From Ilumatobacter sp. (GTDB lineage: Bacteria; Actinomycetota; Acidimicrobiia; Acidimicrobiales; Ilumatobacteraceae), in assembly GCF_030065885.1 (NCBI RefSeq), contig NZ_JASJCS010000008.1:12067-76066 (forward strand): a DNA stretch of 64,000 nt, read 5' to 3'. The notes under the pieces were generated by a model. That model was not told where the DNA came from. It made no database searches and worked only from the letters and a program-made list of their open reading frames with translations. Made by a program: the position numbers and the translations under genes. Below are positions 1 to 9,260 of the stretch, one piece after another; position 1 is the first letter of the stretch, and each line of letters begins with the position of its first letter.

Positions 1-289
1 ATCGCATCTCGCGGCGGTGGTACGAGCGGCAGCCGTTGACGACGCTCCGGCGCACGTAGGCCGCGGGGTTGCGGACCGTCGCCCACTTGACGTGGAGCTT
101 GACGAACGCGTCTTGCACGATGTCGCGGGCGACCTCGACCCGGCTGGTCATCAGCGTCGCAAGCCGAACCAGCGGGAGGAAGTCGTGCTCGTACAGCTCG
201 CTGAACGTGACCGGCGTGGCCCGCGTCGACTCGACCTCGATCTCGTCGGCGAGCGAACCGGGCTGGACCTCGATCTCCTCCATCACCAT
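1..289 (-). CDS. SigE-family ECF sigma factor (N-terminal part; runs off window start)
   Basis: Manual translation of the minus strand: ...FSELYEHDFLPLVRLATLMTSRVEVARDIVQDAFVKLHVKW...PAAYVRRSVVNGCRS, a sigma-70 region 2 pattern; not in ORF track. Confidence 0.8.
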   Translation of the reverse strand, partial: MVMEEIEVQPGSLADEIEVESTRATPVTFSELYEHDFLPLVRLATLMTSRVEVARDIVQDAFVKLHVKWATVRNPAAYVRRSVVNGCRSYHRREMR

Positions 290-353
290 CAGTCTGTACG
301 ACGCACGAATGCGCCCGATCCATACATCGACCCGCGACATCCGGGCCGTGCGA

Positions 354-2324
354 TCAGCGCGTGGCGGCGATCTCGACGACCGCATCGAGAGCGGTCGGAT
401 CCTTCAGCGACCCGCGGCTGGCGACGTGCTCGGCGGCTTCGCCGAGCAGGATCCGCTTGACGGGCAGCTCGAGCTTCTTGCCGCTGAGCGTCGTGGGGAT
501 CGACGCCACCTGGTGCAGCTCGTCGGGTACGTGGCGTGGCGAGAGCCCGGACCGCAGCCCGGACCGGATTCGCCCGCTGACGTCGTCGTCGAGGGTGACC
601 CCGTCGGCGAGGGTGACGAACAGCACGAGGTCGCCCGGGTCGTCGGCGTCGGGTGCCTCGAGATGCACCACCAGGCTGTCGACGACGCCGTCGATCGCCT
701 CCGCGACGCGGTAGATCTCGGCGGTGCCGACCCGCACGCCGCCGCGATTGAGCGTCGCGTCGGAGCGCCCGGTGATGAGGCAGCTGCCGCGATCGGTGAC
801 GGTGATCCAGTCGCCGTGTCGCCAGACGCCCGGGTAGTGCTCGAAGTAGGCGGCGCGGTAGCGAGAGCCGTCCGCGTCGCCCCAGAATCCGACCGGCATC
901 GAGGGCATCGGTTGCGTGAGCACGAGCTCGCCTTGCCGGCCGACCACCGGGTCGCCGCTCTCGTCGAACGCCCGCACCGCGGCACCCAGGTAGCTGCACG
1001 GGATCTCGCCCTCCCACACCGGCGTCAGCGGACTGCCGCCCACGAACGCCGAGCAGACATCGGTGCCACCCGAGATCGGCGAGAGCATCACGTCGGGCGA
1101 GACGTGCTCGTACACCCACCGGAACGCGTCGGCCGGGAGCGGCGCACCGGTCGAGCCGATCACCCGGAGCCGCGAGAGGTCGTGCCGCTCGCCGGGCATC
1201 AGGCCGGCGCGCCGGCAGGCCGTGAAGTACGGCGCGCCGCCGCCGAACCAGGTGATGCCCTCGTCGGCCGCGAGCTGCCAGAGCGTGTCGGGACCGTCGT
1301 GGTTCGGGTCGCCGTCGAACAGCACGAGCCGGGCACCGACCAGCAGCCCCGAGACGACGAAGTTCCACATCATCCACCCGGTGGTGGTGAACCAGAAGAA
1401 GCGGTCGTCGGCCCGCATGTCGCCGTGCAACCCGATCACCTTGAGGTGTTCGACCAGCACACCCCCGTGCCCGTGCACGATCGGCTTGGGGAGCCCGGTC
1501 GTGCCCGACGAGTAGAGCACGTAGAGCGGATGATCGGGCGTGACCTGCGCGAACTCGAGTGGTCCGCGTTCGGCGAGCAGCCCCGACCAGGACATCGCAT
1601 CCTCGGGCAGCGGCGCCTCGGGATCGACGTAGGGCACGAGCACCGTGGCGCGCAGGCTCGGCAGGCCGGCTCGGATGGCCTCGAGCTCACCTGATCGGTC
1701 GACGTGGTGGCGGCCGTACCGGTAGCCGTCGACGGCGAGCAGCACGACCGGCTCGACCTGGCTGAAGCGGTCGAGCACCGCCCGGACGCCGAACTCGGGC
1801 GCACACGACGTCCACGTCGCGCCGAGGCTGCACGCCGCCAGGAACGCGACGATCGTCTCGGGGATGTTCGGCAGGTAGGCGGCGACCGTGTCGCCGTGCC
1901 CGACGCCGAGCCGCTGCAGCCCGGCTCGCGCCCTGCCGACCTCCTGGGTGAGCTCCCACCACGAGAGCTCGACACGCTGGCGGCTCTGCGACACGCCGAC
2001 GATCGCCGGGTCGCCGAGGCGGCCGTCGGCCGACCGCAGGATGTGCTCGGCGTAGTTGAGCCGGGCGCCCTCGAACCAGCGCGCGCCCGGCATCACCCGA
2101 TCGTTCAGCACCTGCCGGTACGGCGTCGACGACCGCACGTCGAAGAACTCCCAGATCGCGGCCCAGCACTCCTCCAGACCGTCGCCGATCGACCACTCCC
2201 ACAGCTCGTCGTAGTCGTGGAAGCGACGGCTCGTCCGCTGCGAGCAGAACGTGAGGAACTCGCCCAGCCGGGTGTCGGCGACGGCCTGCTCGGACGGCTC
2301 CCAGAGCACGCGCGGCACGGTCAC
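354..2324 (-). CDS. Acetoacetyl-CoA synthetase (acetoacetate--CoA ligase)
   Basis: WFEGARLNYAE, YSSGTTGLPKPIVHGHGG, SGGTDVCSAF, WRHGDW, GRSDATLNRGGVRVGTAEIY, SGKKLELPVK; GTG start inferred. Confidence 0.9.
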   Translation of the reverse strand: MTVPRVLWEPSEQAVADTRLGEFLTFCSQRTSRRFHDYDELWEWSIGDGLEECWAAIWEFFDVRSSTPYRQVLNDRVMPGARWFEGARLNYAEHILRSADGRLGDPAIVGVSQSRQRVELSWWELTQEVGRARAGLQRLGVGHGDTVAAYLPNIPETIVAFLAACSLGATWTSCAPEFGVRAVLDRFSQVEPVVLLAVDGYRYGRHHVDRSGELEAIRAGLPSLRATVLVPYVDPEAPLPEDAMSWSGLLAERGPLEFAQVTPDHPLYVLYSSGTTGLPKPIVHGHGGVLVEHLKVIGLHGDMRADDRFFWFTTTGWMMWNFVVSGLLVGARLVLFDGDPNHDGPDTLWQLAADEGITWFGGGAPYFTACRRAGLMPGERHDLSRLRVIGSTGAPLPADAFRWVYEHVSPDVMLSPISGGTDVCSAFVGGSPLTPVWEGEIPCSYLGAAVRAFDESGDPVVGRQGELVLTQPMPSMPVGFWGDADGSRYRAAYFEHYPGVWRHGDWITVTDRGSCLITGRSDATLNRGGVRVGTAEIYRVAEAIDGVVDSLVVHLEAPDADDPGDLVLFVTLADGVTLDDDVSGRIRSGLRSGLSPRHVPDELHQVASIPTTLSGKKLELPVKRILLGEAAEHVASRGSLKDPTALDAVVEIAATR

Positions 2325-2381
2325 GGCCGAAGCTCCGCAGACCAACGACTCTCCACACGCAGAGCATGCCAGACTGCGCCG

Positions 2382-3584
2382 ATGCCGCGCCGGACGTGGA
2401 TCGTGCTGCTGACCGGCGCCGCGATGGTGTTCCTGACGATGGGGACCCGCCAGTCGATCGGGCTGTTCCTGAAGCCGGTCGTCGACGAGCTCGGCACCGA
2501 TCGCGAGTCGTTCGCCCTCGCGTTGGCCGCCCACAACCTGATCCTCGGGCTGCCACTCGCCGCGATGGCCGCCGACCGGCTCGGGCCGCGGCGGGTGGTC
2601 GCGTCGGCGGGCCTGCTGATGGGAGCCGGCCTCCTGGTCGCCGCGAACGCCGACGGCATCGGCGTGTTCGGCTTCTCGCTCGCGGTCCTGTTCGGCATCG
2701 CCGTCTCGGGGGCGTCGTTCGTGGTCGTGATCGGCGCGGTCGGCAAGGCCGTGCCGGTCGACCGGCAGTCGTTCGGGTTCGGTGTCGTCACGATGGGCGC
2801 ATCGATCGGGATGTTCGCCGTCGTCCCGCTGGTGCAGGTGCTGATCGACGCGTTCGGATGGCGCGGAGCGTTGGGCACGATCGGTGTGGTGGCATTGGTG
2901 CTGGTGGGTGCGGCCTCGCAGCTGCTGCCCGCCGACACCGCGGGCGACGGCGTTCACCCCGACGCCACGAGCGAGTCGCTCACCGATGCGGTCCGCCGCG
3001 CGTTCCGCAACCGGAGCTACGTGCTGCTGACCAGCGGCTTCTTCGTGTGCGGGTTCCACGTGGCGTTCATCGCCGCCCACCTGCCGGCCTATCTCACCGA
3101 CGAGGGCCTGACCGATCGCACGGCAGCGATCGCGCTGTCGTTGATCGGCCTGTTCAACATCGGCGGCTCGTTCGCAGCCGGGTGGCTCGGCGACCGCTAC
3201 CGGCGCCGCACGCTGCTCGCCGTGCTGTACCTGCTCAGGGCGATCCTCATGACCGCGTTCCTCCTCGTCCCGCTCACCACGGCGAGCGCCCTCGTGTTCG
3301 GTGCCCTCATGGGCGTGCTGTGGCTGTCGACCGTGCCGCTCACGAGCGGCCTGGTGGCGCTGCTGTTCGGGCCGCGCTACCTGTCGACGTTGTTCGGGAT
3401 CGTCTTCCTGTCGCACCAGGTCGGCGCGTTCCTCGGGGTCTGGCTCGGCGGGCGCGTGTTCGACGACACGGGCGGCTACGGGCCGGTCTGGGTGATGGCG
3501 GTGGTGCTCGGCGTGCTCGCGGCGGCGATCCACGTCCCGATCGCCGCCGACCGCGCCACGTCGGCGGAGCCCGCACTCGCGTAG
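2382..3584 (+). CDS. MFS transporter
   Basis: About 12 hydrophobic segments; ADRLGPRRV, GFFVCGFHVAFI, SHQVGAFLG motifs. Confidence 0.88.
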   Translation: MPRRTWIVLLTGAAMVFLTMGTRQSIGLFLKPVVDELGTDRESFALALAAHNLILGLPLAAMAADRLGPRRVVASAGLLMGAGLLVAANADGIGVFGFSLAVLFGIAVSGASFVVVIGAVGKAVPVDRQSFGFGVVTMGASIGMFAVVPLVQVLIDAFGWRGALGTIGVVALVLVGAASQLLPADTAGDGVHPDATSESLTDAVRRAFRNRSYVLLTSGFFVCGFHVAFIAAHLPAYLTDEGLTDRTAAIALSLIGLFNIGGSFAAGWLGDRYRRRTLLAVLYLLRAILMTAFLLVPLTTASALVFGALMGVLWLSTVPLTSGLVALLFGPRYLSTLFGIVFLSHQVGAFLGVWLGGRVFDDTGGYGPVWVMAVVLGVLAAAIHVPIAADRATSAEPALA

Positions 3585-3595
3585 GTTTGAACGCC

Positions 3596-4288
3596 ATGGG
3601 AAGCATGGTCGAATTCGCGAGCAACGGCAGCACGGCAGGGGGCTACCTGGCGACACCCGAGGGTGGCAGCGGTCCCGGCGTGATCGTCGTGCAGGAGTGG
3701 TGGGGTCTCGACTCGGGGATCAAGGAGATGGCCGATCGGCTCGCCGCGGCCGGGTTCGTCGCCTTGGCCCCCGATCTGTACCACGGCGAGCTCGCCGAGC
3801 ACACCGAGATGGACAGGGCCGGCGAGCTGATGACCGCGTTGCCGCCCGACCGCGCCGGACGCGACATGAGCGGGGCGGTCGACTTCCTGGCCGACCACGA
3901 GTCGACGACCGGCGCCGGCATCGGCGTGATGGGCTTCTGCATGGGCGGCCTGCTGACGTTCGTGCTGGCGTCGATGCGGCCCGACAAGATCAAGGCGGCG
4001 GTGCCCTTCTACGGCTTCCCGCAGGGCGACGATCAGCCCGACTACGGCCAGATCAGCGCTGCGATCCAGGGCCACATGGCCGAGAACGACGACTTCTTCC
4101 CACCCGACGCGGCGCGGGCGCTCGAGGCGCAGCTCCGCGACATGGGCAAGGACGTGACGCTCACGGTCCACGCCGGCACCGGCCATGCCTTCATGGCGCC
4201 GCACAACGCCCTCGGCACCCTCGACGAGGCGAAGGCGGCCGAGATCTGGCCGCAGGCGACGGCGTTCCTGCACGAGCATCTCGGCTGA
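3596..4288 (+). CDS. Dienelactone hydrolase family protein
   Basis: VQEWWGL, GFCMGG nucleophile elbow, GHAF. Confidence 0.9.
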   Translation: MGSMVEFASNGSTAGGYLATPEGGSGPGVIVVQEWWGLDSGIKEMADRLAAAGFVALAPDLYHGELAEHTEMDRAGELMTALPPDRAGRDMSGAVDFLADHESTTGAGIGVMGFCMGGLLTFVLASMRPDKIKAAVPFYGFPQGDDQPDYGQISAAIQGHMAENDDFFPPDAARALEAQLRDMGKDVTLTVHAGTGHAFMAPHNALGTLDEAKAAEIWPQATAFLHEHLG

Positions 4289-4647
4289 TGCCGGGACGTC
4301 GCGAGCCGGTCGTCGACGAGTGGTTCGCGGCCAAGCAGCATCCACTCGAACCGATCATGCAGCGGGTCCGCGACCTCATCCTCGACGCCGACGACCGGGT
4401 CGAGGAGTCGATCAAGTGGCAGACGCCGACGTTCTCGTTCGAGGGCAACATCGCCAGCTTCAACCCGGCCAAGCGGTTCGTCAGCCTCCTGTTCCACACC
4501 GGCGCCACCATCGACGGCGACTTCCCCCGGCTCGAGGGCGGCGGCAAGCAGGTCCGAATCATGCGCTTCCACGACCTCGACGAGGTGGCTGCAGGCGGTG
4601 ACGAGCTGCAGGCCGTGATCCGCGCCTGGTGCGAACAGCGGGCCTGA
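4288..4647 (+). CDS. DUF1801 (YdhG-like) domain protein
   Basis: EESIKWQTPTF, LLFHTGA; TGATG overlap with upstream stop. Confidence 0.75.
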   Translation: MPGRREPVVDEWFAAKQHPLEPIMQRVRDLILDADDRVEESIKWQTPTFSFEGNIASFNPAKRFVSLLFHTGATIDGDFPRLEGGGKQVRIMRFHDLDEVAAGGDELQAVIRAWCEQRA

Positions 4648-4648
4648 C

Positions 4649-5638
4649 GTGGCGACCGCCGTCCCCTTCCCAGCGACGCAGCCCGACGGCTACGAGTGGC
4701 TGGACGACGAGCCGGTGTTCGAACCCGCACGCCACCTGCAGATCGAACCGCCCGCCGGGACGAGGTCGCTCGCCGACCTCGGCTACGACGACGCCGAGAT
4801 CGCCGGCGTCGCCACACCGGTTGCGGTATCCGAGCCCTTCCGGGTCCTCAGCGACGAGGGGGCCGCGGTCATGCTCGAGACGTGCCGCCGCCTGCGAGCC
4901 TTCACCCGCCGCGCCGGCAACCGAATCGAGAACACGGTGCGAGGCGGCTGCTACCGCTCGCGGTTCCTCCGCGACCTGTGCATCGAACCAGCGGTCACCG
5001 AGGCGATGGCCGAGATCTACGGGGTCGAGGTGGCGCCGCACACGATGCCGGTCCACCTGGGTCATCTCAACTACGAGCCGAGCAACGTCGACGAGGCGGT
5101 CGACAAGTGGCACCACGACACGATCCCGCTCGACTACGTGATGATGGTCTCCGACCCGGCGGCGTTGCCGGGCGGGCGATTCGAGTACTTCGCCGGCACC
5201 AAGCACGAGGTGGCGGCGCTGGCAGCCCGTGGTGAACGCCCGCCGGCCGATCGGGTCGTCGCCCCCCACTTCCCCGGGCCGGGCCATGCGATCGCCCTCC
5301 ACGGCGACATGGTCGTCCACCGCGCCGCAGCCCTCACCGGCCCGGCCGAACGGATCACGATGGTCAACGCATACGTGGCGTGCGACCGGTCGCGTCTGGA
5401 CCAGTCGCGGTCCCGCGACCTGATCGGCATCGACGATCCGACGACGCTCTACGGCGAGTGGAGCCGGCACGTCGCCTGGCGCGCCGAGGGGCGCCTCGCG
5501 CAGCTGCGGGCGACGCTCGGCCACGGTGTCACGCGCGACCAGGCGATCGATGCGCTGACGAGGGCGATCGAGGACGTCAACGAAGCGATCGACGACATGC
5601 GGGCCGGCGTGCGCGAGGCCGAGCACTACGAACGCTGA
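4649..5638 (+). CDS. Putative Fe(II)/2-oxoglutarate-dependent oxygenase
   Basis: VDKWHHD (HxD), distal VVHRA, ERITMVN (Arg for 2OG). Confidence 0.6.
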   Translation: MATAVPFPATQPDGYEWLDDEPVFEPARHLQIEPPAGTRSLADLGYDDAEIAGVATPVAVSEPFRVLSDEGAAVMLETCRRLRAFTRRAGNRIENTVRGGCYRSRFLRDLCIEPAVTEAMAEIYGVEVAPHTMPVHLGHLNYEPSNVDEAVDKWHHDTIPLDYVMMVSDPAALPGGRFEYFAGTKHEVAALAARGERPPADRVVAPHFPGPGHAIALHGDMVVHRAAALTGPAERITMVNAYVACDRSRLDQSRSRDLIGIDDPTTLYGEWSRHVAWRAEGRLAQLRATLGHGVTRDQAIDALTRAIEDVNEAIDDMRAGVREAEHYER

Positions 5639-5669
5639 GCTGTGGCCCACTTCTGGGAGACTGGACGGC

Positions 5670-6107
5670 ATGGACCCGATTCACGGCTGCATCGACCGCT
5701 GGCACCAGCACATCCGCGGCGAGCTCGAGGGCGGGCTCGACGCACTGCTGCGCGAGGACTGCGTGTTCCTCTCCCCCATCGTGTTCACGCCCCAGGAGGG
5801 TCGTGAGATCACGAAGCTCTACCTCAAGGCCGCGGGCAGCACACTGGCCGACGTCGACCCGCACACCGAGCAGGCCACGATGGGCGCGAGCGGGAAGTTC
5901 CGCTACACGACCGAGATCCTCCAGGGCCATCACGCGATGCTCGAGTTCGAGACCGAGATCGAGGGCAAGTACGCCAATGGCGTCGACATCATCACCTGCG
6001 ACGACGACGGGATGATCGTCGAGTTCAAGGTGATGATCCGCCCGCTGCAGGCGATCAACGCCGTCCACGCCCAGATGAAGGCGATGCTCGAACACCTCGC
6101 GACGTAG
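5670..6107 (+). CDS. NTF2/SnoaL-like protein
   Basis: DCVFLSPIVFTPQEG, LEFETEIEGKYANGVDII, EFKVMIRPL. Confidence 0.8.
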   Translation: MDPIHGCIDRWHQHIRGELEGGLDALLREDCVFLSPIVFTPQEGREITKLYLKAAGSTLADVDPHTEQATMGASGKFRYTTEILQGHHAMLEFETEIEGKYANGVDIITCDDDGMIVEFKVMIRPLQAINAVHAQMKAMLEHLAT

Positions 6108-6128
6108 GCGGCCAGCCTGCGGGCCGGA

Positions 6129-6572
6129 TCAGCCGGCCCGGCGGATCGGCTCGAGCGCGGTGACGTACTCGGCCAAGCGGTGGGCGACCTCGATCGCCTC
6201 GTCGGGGTCATCCGGGTCGTCGCCGTCGGGTGCCTCCCAGACCTCGGAGATCCGCCGCCAGACGTCGGAGCCGATGAACTCCCCGGCTTCGGCCTCGTCG
6301 CCGAGCGCCTTCCGCCAGCGCCGCTCGCTGCCGAGCAGCCGCTGGAGCACCTCGTCGTTCGGCCCCGGCTTCGGGTACTCGCTGTGGAAGCCGATCTCGA
6401 GCATCACCTCGCCGTCGACGCGGATCAGCTGCGCCTCGTAGTGCTCGCGGTTGGCGCCGTCGTACCAGACCTTGAGGCCGCGCTTGTGGGCGAACGAGTG
6501 CAGCTCGCCGTCGACGTCGCCGGCTAGACCCTCGAACACGTCGAGCACCTGGTCGAAGAACGAGCGCTGCAC
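6129..6572 (-). CDS. Hypothetical protein
   Basis: Coding-like C-terminal part of ORF 6129..6944 (REHYEAQLI, EIGFHSEY); GTG start inferred. Confidence 0.6.
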   Translation of the reverse strand: MQRSFFDQVLDVFEGLAGDVDGELHSFAHKRGLKVWYDGANREHYEAQLIRVDGEVMLEIGFHSEYPKPGPNDEVLQRLLGSERRWRKALGDEAEAGEFIGSDVWRRISEVWEAPDGDDPDDPDEAIEVAHRLAEYVTALEPIRRAG

Positions 6573-6618
6573 CGAACCGACGCTAGAGGCTGACCCGCCG
6601 CTCGCTACCGTCCGGCCC

Positions 6619-7623
6619 GTGGACAAGATCGTCGTGGACGAGATCGTGGCGCTGGCCCGTCGGGAGGGCTTCTCGGGGGTGGTGCACGCTCGTCGCGGCG
6701 ACGAGGTGCTCGTGCGCGAGGCGTTCGGGCTCGCCGACCGCGCGCACGAGATCCCCAACGAGGTCGCGAACCGGTTCGGCATCGCCAGCGGCGCCAAGGG
6801 CTTCACGGCGCTGACGGTCATGTCGCTGGTCGAGGACGGTGGGCTGACGCTGGCGACGACGGCGCGTGAGGTGCTCGACGACGACCTGCCGCTGATCGAC
6901 GGGCGTGTCACCGTCGAGCACCTGCTCGCCCACCGATCGGGCATCGGCGACTACTTCGACGAGGAGGCGCACGACGACATCGCCGACTACGCGATGCCGG
7001 TGCCGGTGCACCGGCTCGCCGGCACCGAGGACTACCTCCCGATCCTCGACGGCTACCCGCAGGTGTTCGAACCGGGCAGCCGGTTCGCCTACAACAACGG
7101 CGGGTACGTGGTGCTCGCAGTCATCGCGCAGCGGGTGGCGGGGCAACGATTCGAGGATCTCGTCGTCGAGCGCGTCTGCGCGCCGGCCGGGCTGGCCTCG
7201 ACGTCGTATCTCCGCTACGACCAGCTGCCGGGCAACACGGCGATCGGCTACGTCGACGACGGGCTGCGCGCCAACACGCTGCACCTGCCGGTGCTCGGGA
7301 GCGGCGACGGCGGCATGTTCTCGACCGCCGCCGACATCGACCGCTTCTGGTCGGCGCTGCACGCAGGTCGGATCGTGTCGCCCGGTGCCGTCGCCGAGAT
7401 GACGCGTCCGCGCAGCGACGTGCCGCAGGAGTCGATGCGCTACGGCATGGGGTTCTGGTTGCACGCCACGGGGCCGGCCGTGTCGCTCGAGGGCTACGAC
7501 GCGGGCGTGTCGTTCCGCACCGTGCACGAGCCGACAACCGACACCACCCACACCGTGCTCTCGAACACCTCCGAAGGCGCCTGGCCGATCACCAAGGCAC
7601 TCGACCGCGCCCTGCTGTCGTGA
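6619..7623 (+). CDS. Serine hydrolase, beta-lactamase class C/AmpC-like family
   Basis: SGAK (SxxK), LLAHRSG, YNN (YxN), GDGGMFST. Confidence 0.88.
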   Translation: MDKIVVDEIVALARREGFSGVVHARRGDEVLVREAFGLADRAHEIPNEVANRFGIASGAKGFTALTVMSLVEDGGLTLATTAREVLDDDLPLIDGRVTVEHLLAHRSGIGDYFDEEAHDDIADYAMPVPVHRLAGTEDYLPILDGYPQVFEPGSRFAYNNGGYVVLAVIAQRVAGQRFEDLVVERVCAPAGLASTSYLRYDQLPGNTAIGYVDDGLRANTLHLPVLGSGDGGMFSTAADIDRFWSALHAGRIVSPGAVAEMTRPRSDVPQESMRYGMGFWLHATGPAVSLEGYDAGVSFRTVHEPTTDTTHTVLSNTSEGAWPITKALDRALLS

Positions 7624-7642
7624 CGATGAGCGACAGGTCCGG

Positions 7643-8597
7643 CTATGCGTGCTCGGTTGGAGGCGGACGGTGAGCTCTTCGTGCGGTCCAATCGCCCACC
7701 AGGTTCAGATAGCCGGGAACGAACTCGTCGGCTCCTGATGCTCGCATCCGATGGTCTCCATCAGGGAAGACGATGATGGTCGCATCGACGTTGCCGGCGT
7801 CGACGAGCGCGACGCCGGATTGCTCGGCGCCTCGCCACGGCGGCAGCAAGGGGTCGCGGCCGCCGTAGGTGGCGAGGAACGGGCACTCGATGCGGCTCAG
7901 CGATGAGACGGGATCGAAGGGCTCGCTGACGAGCAGCGTCAGGTGCCGCCAGTCGTCGGCGTCCTCGACGGCTTGGAAGCTCCCGTACCACGATCGATGG
8001 CGTGCCGGTGCGAGCCACCGCTCTGAGATCGACTCGAAGTCGTCCCCGTCGGCGGCCGCTCGGTGGAGTCCCCGGGGCGAGCGCGAGGGCGTCTCCGACA
8101 TCTCGGTCGCCGTGGTCGTGGTCGCGCAACGTGTGTTCGACGTCGTAGAGGATCTGGTCCTGCACGCCGATCGTGGGAGCCGAACTGGCGATCGCGAATG
8201 CGAGCTCGATCGGTCTGCCGGCGAGCATCTGCACCAGCCATCCACCTTGGCTGTGGCCCCAGATCCCAACTCGTTCGGGATCGACGGCCGCATGGTTCCG
8301 AGTCAGATCGAGGGCTGCGACGGTCTGGTCCGCTCGTCCGGCGAGGCCGTAGTGACGCCAGTCGCCGGTCGACGCGCCACACCCCGGCTTGTCGAACGCG
8401 AACGTCGCGATGCCGCGATCGAGGAACGTCCGGCGGATCGGTTCGAAGTAGCCGCCCGAGTCCCGATCGGCCGGGCCGGAGCCCTGGGCCATCACCACCG
8501 CAGGATGCGGCCCGGCTCCCGAGGGGAGGTGAAGTGATCCGGCCAGAGCGAGTCCGCCCCAGGCAAACTGAATGTCGATCTGTTCAGGCGTCGCCAC
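7643..8597 (-). pseudogene. Alpha/beta hydrolase split by a frameshift (pseudogene or assembly error)
   Basis: N-half in ORF 7761..8651 (QGSGP, FDKPGCG, GHSQGG); C-half in ORF 7643..8293 (GGRDPLLP, FPDGDH); frames join at CCCCGGGG 8070-8077. Confidence 0.75.
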
Positions 8598-8707
8598 GGC
8601 AGGTGCTCCGAGCTCGAGGGCCAAGCTGCACACGATCCTGGCGCCTCGCACCGTGCCCGAGCGACACGGACAATCCGCCCCGCAGCCGGCGATCCCCCAT
8701 CACCGTC

Positions 8708-8853
8708 GCACGCGACGGGTCGGGCCGTGTCGCTCGAGGGCTACGACGTCGACGTCCCGTTCCGGACGGTCAACGACCTCACAAACGACACGACCCACGC
8801 CGTGCTCTCGAACACGTCCGGGGCGCCCGGCCGACCACGAGAGGCTCTCGACC
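8708..8853 (+). repeat. Degenerate direct copy of the 3' end of the serine hydrolase gene (7461-7606)
   Basis: 146-nt colinear match; encodes SLEGYDVDVPFRTVNDLTNDTTHAVLSNTS vs SLEGYDAGVSFRTVHEPTTDTTHTVLSNTS. Confidence 0.85.
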
Positions 8854-8942
8854 AGTTGGTGACCTGGCGAGGCGATCGGGTGCCAGCGGGCTCGAACGGC
8901 TCATGGGCACCGCAGGGGATACTCTGAAGCCACCGGCAGCGA

Positions 8943-9164
8943 GTGAACGAGATGAGCGGTAGCACCAACGAAGAGAGCGATGACGCCGTGCACCCCGAGC
9001 GAGAGGGTCCGGTGGACGAGTCGCCGCGCCGCATCCTGTACTGGTGGCACGTCCCCGAGCGGCCGGGAACCGGCAATGCGATGCTGCTCTTCGCCGCCGT
9101 CTGGCTGGTGACGCTCGTCGCACTGGCCGTCATCATCCGTTTGATCTTCAACGCCGTGGGCTGA
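8943..9164 (+). CDS. Small single-pass membrane protein
   Basis: 73 aa with C-terminal hydrophobic helix. Confidence 0.5.
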   Translation: MNEMSGSTNEESDDAVHPEREGPVDESPRRILYWWHVPERPGTGNAMLLFAAVWLVTLVALAVIIRLIFNAVG

Positions 9165-9260
9165 CTCGTGCCGCGCGTCGGCCTTGCACCGGAACGCGAC
9201 GCCGTCGCAGCTGCGCCAGCCCGTCCATCGGTCGAGAGCGGGCGATGAGATACTCACGTC

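Noticed and set aside
354-3656. 1100-aa fusion implied by the ORF track (also 19134..22307, 45917..48043, 30787..32721)
   Set aside because: N-terminal extensions overlap other real genes; true starts lie downstream.
4649-5638. BesD-like radical halogenase
   Set aside because: Metal motif is HxD, not HxG/A.
6619-7623. Antibiotic-resistance beta-lactamase
   Set aside because: Generic cytoplasmic serine hydrolase without signal peptide; resistance cannot be inferred.
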